A stretch of DNA of 64,000 nucleotides from an uncultured Gammaproteobacteria bacterium. Lineage in GTDB: Bacteria > Patescibacteriota > Patescibacteriia > UBA10025 > JAHIVO01. Positions 26,419 to 34,488 of this stretch are shown here, piece after piece (position 1 is the first letter of the stretch; the number at the start of each line of letters is the position of its first letter). The position numbers and the translations under genes are program-made. The notes under the pieces were generated by a model. That model did no database searches, was not told the origin of the DNA, and saw only the letters and a list, made by a program, of their open reading frames with translations. Location of the stretch: contig CAZVMV010000005.1 of the NCBI GenBank assembly GCA_964628855.1, positions 3,228-67,227 of the forward strand, given 5' to 3'.

Positions 26419-28146
26419 ATGCCAAAACGAGTTCTGTTAATTATTGTAATTTTTACCGCAGCCCTGGTTTTCATACCGGGTGCCGCGCATGCCCAAACTT
26501 CTGAATCAGTAAAAAATTTTTATAGTACAATCAACGTTAACCAAGACGGTTCTTTTTCCGTGCAGGAAAAAATTAAATACGATTTTGGAGATACCGATCG
26601 ACATGGAATTTACCGCTATTTACCGTATCGATATACCAGGAATGGAGCGGCGTACAACGTAAGGATGGAAATCCAGTCAGTAACTAAGGATGGCGGGTCC
26701 CAGGTGACGTATGAGAAGAGCAGGATAAACGGCAATATAATGCTGAAAATCGGCGAGCCAGAAAGTACGGTCACAGGCATACATGATTATGAGATATCCT
26801 ACCGTGTCCAACGGGCAATTAATTATTTTGATGATCACGAGGAATTATATTGGAATGTGACCGGTAATGGTTGGGATGTGCCGATCCAGAAGGCGTCGGT
26901 TAAAATTGAGAGCCCTGCTGCTTATAGCCAAGGTGATCTGGAGCCAGTATGTTATACAGGCGTCTACGGTTCAACGGATCAGTTATGTACGGTAACTATC
27001 ACAAGTACCGGGGAGGCTGACATGGAGACGACCGGCATTTTGGATTCTCAGGAAGGCCTGTCATTTGTGGTGGCCTGGGAAAAAGGCACCATTGAAAAAC
27101 CATCCTCCGGGCAGCAGTTGAGCTGGTTTTTTAGTGACAACTGGCCAATAGGGCTGCCATTCATCGTACTAATTGTCATGTTTGCCCTATGGTATACCAG
27201 AGGCAGGGATCCGAAGGGGAAAGGCACAATCATCCCGATTTATGAGCCGCCTAATGGATTACGGGCGATGGAATTGGGCACGATTGTTGATGAGAAACTT
27301 GATCCAAAGGATATTTCAGCCACCATTATACAATTAGCAGTTGGCGGTTATATAAAAATCCGTGAAATCGAGCAAAAAAAACTTCTTGGCAAGAAAACAG
27401 ATTATGAATTGATAAAATTGAAAGAACCGGACACCAACCTGCGTGATTACGAACAGATGGTGATGAAAGGGCTATTTGAAAGCGGTACGACTAGCACTGT
27501 TTCTGGGTTGAAAAACAAGTTTTATAAGCATCTAAAAGATATCAACAAACAGGTCTACCAGGCTGTCGTCACTGACGGCTATTTCCCGATGAACCCGGAC
27601 AAGATCAGGAATTCATATCGTACCGTAGGCGTAGTTTTGTTCGTTCTCCTTACGATTTTTGGCAATGGCTTTGAAAATCCATTAGCATTCATCTCCTTGA
27701 TTATAAGCGGGACGGCCATCGTACTTTTCGCTCAGGCAATGCCGAGACGGACTAAATTAGGTGTTGAAACAAATGAGGAAATCAAAGGTTTCAAATGGTT
27801 TTTATCGGTTACAGAGACAGAACGCCTAAAATTCCACAATGCCCCGGCGAAATCCCCACAACAATTCGAACAGCTTCTTCCGTATGCCATGGTATTGGGA
27901 GTAGAAAAAGAGTGGGCTAAGCAGTTCGAAGGAATGTACCTGACGCCCCCCAGCTGGTACGAGGGTCATCCGGGAAATGCTTTTGGTGCATGGTACCTGG
28001 CAACTATCCTGACATCAATGAATACCACCATGAACTCGGCAATAGTAAGTCGCCCAGGTGGCCGTGCAGGTGGTGGGGGATCGGGCTTTGGCGGTGGCGG
28101 TTTTTCAGGTGGTGGTTTCGGTGGCGGCGGTGGAGGTTCATGGTAA
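26419..28146 (+). CDS. DUF2207-family membrane protein with Gly-rich C-terminal tail
   Basis: It has a signal peptide, an extracellular domain and TM helices. The tail reads GGGGSGFGGGGFSGGGFGGGGGGSW, as is typical of DUF2207. Confidence 0.75.
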   Translation: MPKRVLLIIVIFTAALVFIPGAAHAQTSESVKNFYSTINVNQDGSFSVQEKIKYDFGDTDRHGIYRYLPYRYTRNGAAYNVRMEIQSVTKDGGSQVTYEKSRINGNIMLKIGEPESTVTGIHDYEISYRVQRAINYFDDHEELYWNVTGNGWDVPIQKASVKIESPAAYSQGDLEPVCYTGVYGSTDQLCTVTITSTGEADMETTGILDSQEGLSFVVAWEKGTIEKPSSGQQLSWFFSDNWPIGLPFIVLIVMFALWYTRGRDPKGKGTIIPIYEPPNGLRAMELGTIVDEKLDPKDISATIIQLAVGGYIKIREIEQKKLLGKKTDYELIKLKEPDTNLRDYEQMVMKGLFESGTTSTVSGLKNKFYKHLKDINKQVYQAVVTDGYFPMNPDKIRNSYRTVGVVLFVLLTIFGNGFENPLAFISLIISGTAIVLFAQAMPRRTKLGVETNEEIKGFKWFLSVTETERLKFHNAPAKSPQQFEQLLPYAMVLGVEKEWAKQFEGMYLTPPSWYEGHPGNAFGAWYLATILTSMNTTMNSAIVSRPGGRAGGGGSGFGGGGFSGGGFGGGGGGSW

Positions 28147-28194
28147 TTCAGCAAGTGATACTCAGGCATAAGTTTACTGAAAAATTTATTAGTG

Positions 28195-29070
28195 ATGGAT
28201 AAGACTGAAATTTTGGAAGAAAGGATATATTTTGAATTTGATGGAAAGACCAGTTTTGTTAATGTAAGATTTTTTGGAAAAGACCATTTTGGAAACCTTT
28301 TAGCTCTTCATGGTCTTGGTACCCAGGGGTATTGTTTTGATAATCTAGCAGTTAGGCTCAAACAAAATTTAATTGCTATTGATTGGTATGGGTATGGTAA
28401 ATCCGATAGGAGACTTGGTAAAAATGATCAGTATGGCGCACAAACGTGCGCAAATTGGTTATTGGCAGCCATATCCGCTTTGCAGAATAAGCGTATTTTA
28501 GCAACCAGGTTTAGTATTATTGCGATGTCGATGTCGGCGATTCCAGTTGCTTTGGCTTATAATAAACTGCCTGCAGAAAAGATCGTCTTAATACATCCTG
28601 CTGGTCTGGATAAAAAAATAAATAGAAAATTAGCCTTCGGCCTGACCAGTGGCATCTTGTCAGATATTGCATTACGATTCATCACTCTGCGATTGGTGTG
28701 GGAATTTATTTGGAAATTTACCACGATTGCCAGTTCTAATGAAAGAAGGCAATATATCCGAGATGACGTCATGATGCATAAGGGGGAGTTTGAGGTTTTG
28801 CGGAGGTACTCACGAAGCGGATTTACAATATTTGGCCACATGAGAAAAACTCATTATTTACCAGATTTTTTTGAAAAAATCTCATGCCCAGTATTTTTAC
28901 TTTATGGAAACGACTCAGTTTTTTATCAGAAAAAATATGTACTATTTGCAGAAAAAGCTGGTTGGAAGACAAAATACGTATCAAGTGCACCACATAATTT
29001 GATCAGGAGTCATGCCGAATGTATCGCGGACCCAATAAATGATTTTTTATGCTCAAGTACCGTCCACTGA
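28195..29070 (+). CDS. Alpha/beta hydrolase-fold protein
   Basis: Motifs LALHGLGTQG and the nucleophile region IAMSMSAIP are present. The gene is markedly AT-rich. Confidence 0.6.
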   Translation: MDKTEILEERIYFEFDGKTSFVNVRFFGKDHFGNLLALHGLGTQGYCFDNLAVRLKQNLIAIDWYGYGKSDRRLGKNDQYGAQTCANWLLAAISALQNKRILATRFSIIAMSMSAIPVALAYNKLPAEKIVLIHPAGLDKKINRKLAFGLTSGILSDIALRFITLRLVWEFIWKFTTIASSNERRQYIRDDVMMHKGEFEVLRRYSRSGFTIFGHMRKTHYLPDFFEKISCPVFLLYGNDSVFYQKKYVLFAEKAGWKTKYVSSAPHNLIRSHAECIADPINDFLCSSTVH

Positions 29071-29102
29071 AATAATTTTATTAATAAGTTTTTAATAACA
29101 TT

Positions 29103-29582
29103 ATGATGAACAATGCGTATGTTTTTCCGGGGATATTGCCAGAAGATCGTATTAACAACAAAAAGGTCATCATCACAACTGAAAAGGGTGATATTGAATT
29201 TCAACTATTGGCAGATGATGCGCCGAAAACAGTCAGTAATTTTGTTTACTTAACGGAGGAAGGGTATTATAACGGCCTGACTTTTCATCGGGTTGTACCG
29301 GGTTTTGTCGTACAAGGCGGCGATCCAAATGGCAATGGGACTGGAGGTCCTGGCTATCGCTTTGAGGATGAGCCGGTCAAAAGGGAATATGACCAAGGAA
29401 TCGTAGCAATGGCTAATGCGGGCCCCAACACCAATGGTTCCCAGTTTTTCATAATGCTGGATAATAATACGACTTTACCGAAAAGTTATACAATCTTCGG
29501 CAAGGTGACAAAAGGAATGGACGTCGTACTCCGCATCTCGGTTGGAGATGTTATGGAATCCGTAAAAATTGAAGATATTTAG
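29103..29582 (+). CDS. ppiB: Peptidyl-prolyl cis-trans isomerase, cyclophilin type
   Basis: Motifs FHRVVPGFVVQGGDPNGNGTGGPGY and MANAGPNTNGSQFFI are present. Confidence 0.9.
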   Translation: MMNNAYVFPGILPEDRINNKKVIITTEKGDIEFQLLADDAPKTVSNFVYLTEEGYYNGLTFHRVVPGFVVQGGDPNGNGTGGPGYRFEDEPVKREYDQGIVAMANAGPNTNGSQFFIMLDNNTTLPKSYTIFGKVTKGMDVVLRISVGDVMESVKIEDI

Positions 29583-29754
29583 GCAAATCCTGATCAAATA
29601 ATCTAAATGCCCACTACGAAATAGGGGAGGGGTTGACTTTTAATATAAAATTGGTAGGGTAAATACAGGAGGGATGGTCCTTTGAAAACCGGCCTATACA
29701 TACGACGGAGTCTTGCTCCAATCTGATTAATCATTAATTAGAAAGGGGGCTAGT

Positions 29755-29940
29755 ATGATAGACCAAACGCTAGTCCTTTTTGGTGGTTTCCTTATTCTGC
29801 TGTCACTCAAACGATCCAAGGGCAGATCATCAAAAAGGGCCAAAGGCTATCTTAGGATCTTCGCTCTCATAATTGAGACGATTGTGCTGTTATTCGGCAT
29901 TGCTACGTTCATGATAGGTTTCATGAAGCTTCTAAGATAA
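29755..29940 (+). CDS. Hypothetical small membrane protein
   Basis: It has the RBS AAAGGGGG, two hydrophobic helices and a strong terminator downstream. Confidence 0.45.
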   Translation: MIDQTLVLFGGFLILLSLKRSKGRSSKRAKGYLRIFALIIETIVLLFGIATFMIGFMKLLR

Positions 29941-29948
29941 AATACAAA

Positions 29949-29979
29949 AGTCTCTTCTTCGGAGGAGACTTTTCTTTTT
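29949..29979 (+). terminator. Rho-independent terminator
   Basis: A 9-bp stem AGTCTCTTC/GAGGAGACT (one G-U pair) with a TTCG loop is followed by TTTCTTTTT. Confidence 0.7.
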
Positions 29980-29986
29980 GGGCAGC

Positions 29987-30015
29987 TTGACAAATAATGT
30001 TATGAGGTATATAAT
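29987..30015 (+). promoter_or_regulatory. Consensus sigma70-type promoter
   Basis: TTGACA (29987-29992), an exact 17-nt spacer, then TATAAT (30010-30015). Confidence 0.6.
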
Positions 30016-30025
30016 GATTATATAA

Positions 30026-30039
30026 GTAGTATATACTAC
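30026..30039. promoter_or_regulatory. Perfect 14-bp palindrome just downstream of the -10 box (candidate operator)
   Basis: GTAGTATATACTAC equals its own reverse complement. It lies between the promoter and the AbrB-like ORF. Confidence 0.4.
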
Positions 30040-30065
30040 GACTATAATAAGTAATCATTAAAGAT

Positions 30066-30236
30066 ATGTTCGCTCACAAGCTAACCAGAAAAATATTCCA
30101 AACCGGCAAATATAGTTATATTATCAGCGTTCCCAAGGAACTCATCAAGCATCTGGGATGGCAGCGAGGCGAGTTAGTGGAGGTTGATCTGGACAAAACA
30201 GGCAAACGTTTGATGGTGCAAAAGTTTAAATTTTAA
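30066..30236 (+). CDS. AbrB/MazE/SpoVT-type DNA-binding miniprotein (56 aa; absent from the supplied ORF track)
   Basis: Hand translation gives MFAHKLTRKIFQTGKYSYIISVPKELIKHLGWQRGELVEVDLDKTGKRLMVQKFKF. This matches the swapped-hairpin pattern (..G.s..v.iPke....lg...Ge.vev...). Confidence 0.65.
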   Translation: MFAHKLTRKIFQTGKYSYIISVPKELIKHLGWQRGELVEVDLDKTGKRLMVQKFKF

Positions 30237-30254
30237 AAAAACGTATTAATAATT

Positions 30255-30725
30255 ATGTTGGACCTGGCAATAATCTCAGTCGGCAAAATCAAGGAGCTTT
30301 ATTGGCAGGAAGCCCTGGCTGAATATTTGAAGCGCCTAAAGCCGTTTTGCAAAATATCCTTCCTGGAAGTCCCGGAAGAAAAAATCACCTCCGTTACTGA
30401 CCGCAAACGTATTTTGGAGGCGGAGGGGGATCGAATCGACAAACAGCTATCAAATGATACCTATATCGTAGTTCTGGACAAAGTAGGCATAAATGTTTCG
30501 TCCGAAGAATTCGCCAAAAAATTGGAAGGCTGGTCTTATTTCGGCAAGCGGATTACTTTTATTATCGGCGGACCGTTGGGACTGTCGCCGAAAATCATGA
30601 CCAGGGCAAAGGTCTCGATTTCTCTATCGCATATGACTTTCACCCATCAGATGACCCGGGTGATACTGATGGAACAGATTTACCGCGCGGTCAGCATCTT
30701 GCAGGGCAAAGCTTACCATTATTGA
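30255..30725 (+). CDS. rlmH: 23S rRNA (pseudouridine1915-N3)-methyltransferase RlmH
   Basis: The SPOUT pattern is present: ISVGKIKE...FIIGGPLGLS...LSLSHMTFTHQMTRVILMEQIYRA. Confidence 0.85.
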   Translation: MLDLAIISVGKIKELYWQEALAEYLKRLKPFCKISFLEVPEEKITSVTDRKRILEAEGDRIDKQLSNDTYIVVLDKVGINVSSEEFAKKLEGWSYFGKRITFIIGGPLGLSPKIMTRAKVSISLSHMTFTHQMTRVILMEQIYRAVSILQGKAYHY

Positions 30726-30801
30726 CATTAAGTATCATAAACTATAGGATGTACAAATCGAATGTACATTGTTTTTATGTCAATTCAATTTGGAGGTGAC
30801 G

Positions 30802-31032
30802 ATGGGACTTTATAAGCTTGCAGCATTCAGGGGAGTTGGCCTAACAGCGTTTCTCATGATCTATGCAGCTGTGCTCAGTAGCCAAGTGTTTGAAAGTGGT
30901 TGGGCGATAACTGGCTGGGTCTGTATCGGTGCCATTACTGGCATTTATGTCAGTATCCTCAGTTGGAATGATTGGGTTGATGACTACTGGTACAGGACTC
31001 ATAGTGATTATTACACCATCAGCGACATCTGA
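30802..31032 (+). CDS. Hypothetical small membrane protein
   Basis: The RBS GGAGGT lies 4 nt upstream of the ATG at 30802. Two TM helices are present. Confidence 0.45.
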   Translation: MGLYKLAAFRGVGLTAFLMIYAAVLSSQVFESGWAITGWVCIGAITGIYVSILSWNDWVDDYWYRTHSDYYTISDI

Positions 31033-31209
31033 CACAATGCGTAGTCTGACTTACGTATTCACCTTCGCCGGATACCCTGGCGAAGTTTTTTTATTTGAGT
31101 TCTTTCGAACGCTTTCGTCGGTTTCAGGACGAAAGTCCAGGCTTCGTTTTTGCTCAGCCTTGACTTTCGGTTTTTCTTCGGTTATACTGTAAATTGAAGG
31201 AAAGCTATT

Positions 31210-31464
31210 ATGTATGTGGAAAAGCCCCATGAACCGATCCGTGTGGTGGCGGACTTTTCAGGAAATAAAGTCCGGCCATTGGCATTTGTCCGCGATACCG
31301 GCCGGCGGTATGAAATCGCCAGCGTTAATTTAGTTTACCGGCGACGGGTGGGCGACCGGCCGGTGTGGTGTTTTGCCGTGTCCGATGCGGCTAACACGTT
31401 TGTCCTGGTGTATGACCCAGAATCCCTGCAGTGGACATTGGAGGAGGTGCAGATGGACGGATAG
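31210..31464 (+). CDS. Hypothetical protein (84 aa), GC-rich
   Basis: This is an ORF only. It lies in the GC-rich block with dinB. Confidence 0.4.
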   Translation: MYVEKPHEPIRVVADFSGNKVRPLAFVRDTGRRYEIASVNLVYRRRVGDRPVWCFAVSDAANTFVLVYDPESLQWTLEEVQMDG

Positions 31465-31475
31465 CCCTTATCCAT

Positions 31476-31504
31476 AAAAAAGACTCCCGTCATATAGGGA
31501 GTCT
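31476..31504 (-). terminator. Terminator of the minus-strand membrane-protein gene
   Basis: Stem AGACTCCC/GGGAGTCT has a T5 run on the minus strand (plus-strand A-run at 31476-31480). Confidence 0.55.
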
Positions 31505-31531
31505 CGTGGCTGTCAGTGGAACAATGGTCGG

Positions 31532-31933
31532 TCAGGGGCGCTGCGGCAATATGTCGTGATGTGCCGGCGCCGGTTCATCGTCGCCCTGGATTCTCAGGTA
31601 GTAGATGAACAGTGCGAGCGCCATCCCCTCAATGAAGCAGGTAAGCACCACACCGCCATGGACAGGCATGGTAGCCTTTGACTGTCCTGTGTAGATCAGG
31701 ACGTGGATAAAGAGCGCGGCGAATCCCGCCCAGAACACGACCGCTGATCCGATTTTGCGCTGTTTCTCGCTGTCATTGATGACGGCTGAAACTATTAGCG
31801 CGACTACCAGTACGGCGCCTGTGTAGTATGGCTGTTCAGGCCAGCAGTAGCCGATGATGCAGGCGAGGACGATGATCGTCAAACCCATCATGAGTACTGC
31901 TAGGCATCTTGCGCATTTACATCCTATGTGCAC
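31532..31933 (-). CDS. Hypothetical four-TM membrane protein, GC-rich
   Basis: It is a 133-aa hydrophobic ORF with a GTG start and a terminator downstream. Confidence 0.5.
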   Translation of the reverse strand: MHIGCKCARCLAVLMMGLTIIVLACIIGYCWPEQPYYTGAVLVVALIVSAVINDSEKQRKIGSAVVFWAGFAALFIHVLIYTGQSKATMPVHGGVVLTCFIEGMALALFIYYLRIQGDDEPAPAHHDILPQRP

Positions 31934-32015
31934 GTTTGCCTCCTCTTATGTGCCTTTTTCGATTCTTTTGGGTGATGGTACGGCAATAAGTTTAATTTGT
32001 CAATGATGAAAATAT

Positions 32016-33263
32016 ATGGAACGCATTATTTTGCATTTCGATATGAACTCATACTTCGCCTCCGTTGAACAACAGGCGAACCCGTTTTTGCGCGGGAAGC
32101 CGGTCGGGGTGTGTTCGACCATGTCGCGCCGCGGCTGCATCATTGCCTCGTCAAAAGAGGCGAAGGCTTTTGGCATCAAGACCGGCTGCCGGGTGGATGA
32201 AGCGCTTCAGTTGTATCCAGGCATTAATCTGGTTGAAGTGGACCCGTCCAAGTACCGTTCCACCACGCAGGCGATTTTTTCTTTATGTGCGGAGTATACG
32301 GAGGATATCGAGGCATATTCCATTGACGAAGCTTTCATGAACCTGACCGGAGTGGCGCAGACGTTCGACCAGGCGCAACGTATCGGCGCGGAAATCCAGC
32401 ATCGCATTAAAGATGAGGTGGGAGAATGGCTGGGATCGTCCATGGGCATCAGCCACACCCGCTGGTTGGCCAAGTTTGGCAGTGACACTGCGCCGAAAGG
32501 CGGCATTGTTATATTAACTAAGGATAATTTAAATGATTATTTGGTCGGTCGCGACCTTAAGGAAGCATGGGGCATTGCCGATGCGATATCCGGTCGGCTG
32601 AACATGCTGGGTATCACGACGCTGGACGAGCTTGCGCGGTATCCGGTGCAAAACCTCATGACCGCATTCGGCAAGACGGGGTATTATCTGTGGGCAAACG
32701 TGAACGGTATTGAGCTAACTGGCATAGAGGCTAAGCGACCGCCGAAGACGATCGGGCATTCGCACGTGCTGAAGAAGCGCGATCTCGACCGACGGTTCCA
32801 TATGGCCGTGCTGATGCGGCTGGCCGAGCGCACCGGCCGGCGCCTGCGGGAGCAGGGGTATGAGGGTCATGGTTTTTATTATTATGTGCAGTTTGACCGC
32901 CGGCCGTCGATCGGCGGCAGCCATCGCGTCCACCGTCCGATAGTCTCTTCGGCACAGATTTTCCGCATGGTATGGGAGCGGATTTGTCCGGTGGTAACCA
33001 AAGAACCACCGGCCATGTTCGCGCTGGGGTTGTTCGGTTTGCGGCCTAGGGTGGATCAGTTGGAATTTTTCAGCGATAAAAAGTTGTCACCGGAGTTGTC
33101 GAAAGCACTGGATGACATCAATGGCCGGTACGGCGAGGAGACGATCGTACAGGGGCCACTCCTAAAATTTGACCATAAGCACGCTCCTGACCGTGTCGGT
33201 TTCCGCAAGACGGTGGAGGCGGAGTTTCGGGGAGCGGGGAATTACAGTAGTTTCGAGGAATAA
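32016..33263 (+). CDS. dinB: DNA polymerase IV (Y-family)
   Basis: Motifs ILHFDMNSYFASVEQ, GKPVGV and SIDEAFMNLTG are present, with little-finger-like C-terminal part. Confidence 0.9.
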   Translation: MERIILHFDMNSYFASVEQQANPFLRGKPVGVCSTMSRRGCIIASSKEAKAFGIKTGCRVDEALQLYPGINLVEVDPSKYRSTTQAIFSLCAEYTEDIEAYSIDEAFMNLTGVAQTFDQAQRIGAEIQHRIKDEVGEWLGSSMGISHTRWLAKFGSDTAPKGGIVILTKDNLNDYLVGRDLKEAWGIADAISGRLNMLGITTLDELARYPVQNLMTAFGKTGYYLWANVNGIELTGIEAKRPPKTIGHSHVLKKRDLDRRFHMAVLMRLAERTGRRLREQGYEGHGFYYYVQFDRRPSIGGSHRVHRPIVSSAQIFRMVWERICPVVTKEPPAMFALGLFGLRPRVDQLEFFSDKKLSPELSKALDDINGRYGEETIVQGPLLKFDHKHAPDRVGFRKTVEAEFRGAGNYSSFEE

Positions 33264-33795
33264 AAAAAGCCTCCCATAGTTACATGTTCACTAGAGGGGA
33301 GGCGCCACTTCATGCCTGCTATTCCGGAGCGATTCGCACGTTCCATGCGTACTGGATGGGTCGCCCTGAGGGCATTGAGTTTGTCCAGCCATGGGCGGCT
33401 ATTTCTTTTCGGTTTTTACTCTCCGTACTGCTGATCAGTCAGTACTCTGCAGGACAAAATGAAGTGGAATAGTGCAGGATAGCATGTAGGCGAAATTTGT
33501 CAAGGTTGCCGCCAATCCATAGATGTTTGACGGCCTGATTTTATTTGCTACATTATATATGCGGAACGATGGCTTGGACTCGGAGCCAATACTGTCGGAT
33601 TCGCTGAGCTTTATTGAACATAATAAGAAATCACATTACTCTGACCGGTGATGTAAATAGAAGGAGAACTGGTTGCAATTAATCTGCAGATTGACTAGCG
33701 AAAGCGCGTGCTCGCGTACTGCAATTGCACAGCAGTATGCTGGGTGGATGTGAGGTAATTGCAGATTGCTTTGCTCTATCAAATCCGCAATACGA

Positions 33796-33830
33796 AACAG
33801 GGTAGTCCGAGATGCCCTGTTATTTTTATT
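33796..33830 (+). terminator. Rho-independent terminator (plus strand)
   Basis: A 7-bp stem AACAGGG/CCCTGTT with a 12-nt loop is followed by ATTTTTATT. Confidence 0.6.
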
Positions 33831-33835
33831 AATTA

Positions 33836-33872
33836 AATAATAAAAGAACCTCGGCCGTATGGCGCGAGGTCC
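33836..33872 (-). terminator. Rho-independent terminator (minus strand), facing the previous one
   Basis: On the minus strand the stem GGACCTCG/CGAGGTTC has 8 bp including one G-U pair, followed by a T-rich run TTCTTTTATTATTT. On the plus strand the same stem has an A-C mismatch. Confidence 0.55.
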
Positions 33873-33879
33873 GAAATTG

Positions 33880-34180
33880 TGTGCAGCGAGTGCCAGCTAA
33901 CCCCGGGAGAAGGGTTCACCCTGGGAAATGCCGGAGCACATACCCATTCGAGCGCCTACCAGGGAGGTAGGAAGGAGCATAGCTCATCCGAGCCGAGCCG
34001 TCTCTTAGTCGCTGTACGGACGAGTGCCGGTGAGTAGTCTGAGATATACCACCGTGAGCTGGGCCAGATTTGTGACAATTCACAGTAACTGGCAAATGAA
34101 ATGGCGAACTACAAAAGTCAACAGCCAAGAAGAATTGAATGAAACCACTCGGTCTCCTGTATTGTGTCACTCGCTGCATA
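33880..34180 (+). ncRNA. Structured ~300-nt RNA, candidate RNase P RNA (identity and strand uncertain)
   Basis: An 11-bp perfect terminal helix pairs 33882-33892 with 34168-34178. Collinear blocks resemble remembered RNase P conserved regions: GGGAAATGCCGGAGC, GAGTGCCGGTGAGTAG, CCACCGTGAGCTGGGCCAGAT and TTGAATGAAACCACTCGGTCT. The hairpin at 33902-33925 has a G-U pair on the plus strand only. Confidence 0.4.
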
Positions 34181-34198
34181 AAAAAAGTTCTGATGTAT

Positions 34199-34227
34199 AA
34201 GATAGCGTAATATTAATATTATGTCAA
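34199..34227 (-). promoter_or_regulatory. Sigma70-like promoter on the minus strand, reading into the structured RNA region
   Basis: On the minus strand: TTGACA (34227-34222), a 17-nt spacer, then TATCTT (34204-34199). Confidence 0.4.
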
Positions 34228-34432
34228 GACCGCTTGCCATATTGGATTATGGTGCGTGGTGAAAGGATCATGATTTAAATTACGTATTATTGTTGAAAAG
34301 GGAGAATTGCTCCCTGTTTCACCCCCTAAAAATGTTTGCTCTTTGCAATGTATTATTAACTGACTTAGCCAAAATCTCCGCCCATATAAAAACGGAGGTT
34401 TTGGTGTACTAGTTCCTTTCGGGCATGTGAAA

Positions 34433-34460
34433 TTGCCGTGAAAGGCTAACATGCTATACT
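34433..34460 (+). promoter_or_regulatory. Candidate promoter of the ECF sigma operon
   Basis: TTGCCG (34433-34438), a 16-nt spacer, then TATACT (34455-34460). Confidence 0.4.
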
Positions 34461-34488
34461 TCGATCATAAACAGGTATCCTCTTGCCC

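Noticed and set aside
33880-34180. Alternative identities for the structured RNA: tmRNA, SRP RNA, 6S RNA and the cobalamin riboswitch.
   Set aside because: There is no tRNA-like T-arm or 7-bp acceptor and no tag ORF, which argues against tmRNA. There is no GGAA-tetraloop helix-8 motif, which argues against SRP RNA. It is too long and multi-branched for 6S RNA. The only partial B12-box-like string (CAGGAGACCGAG) is on the opposite strand, and there is no downstream regulated gene. None could be supported by eye.
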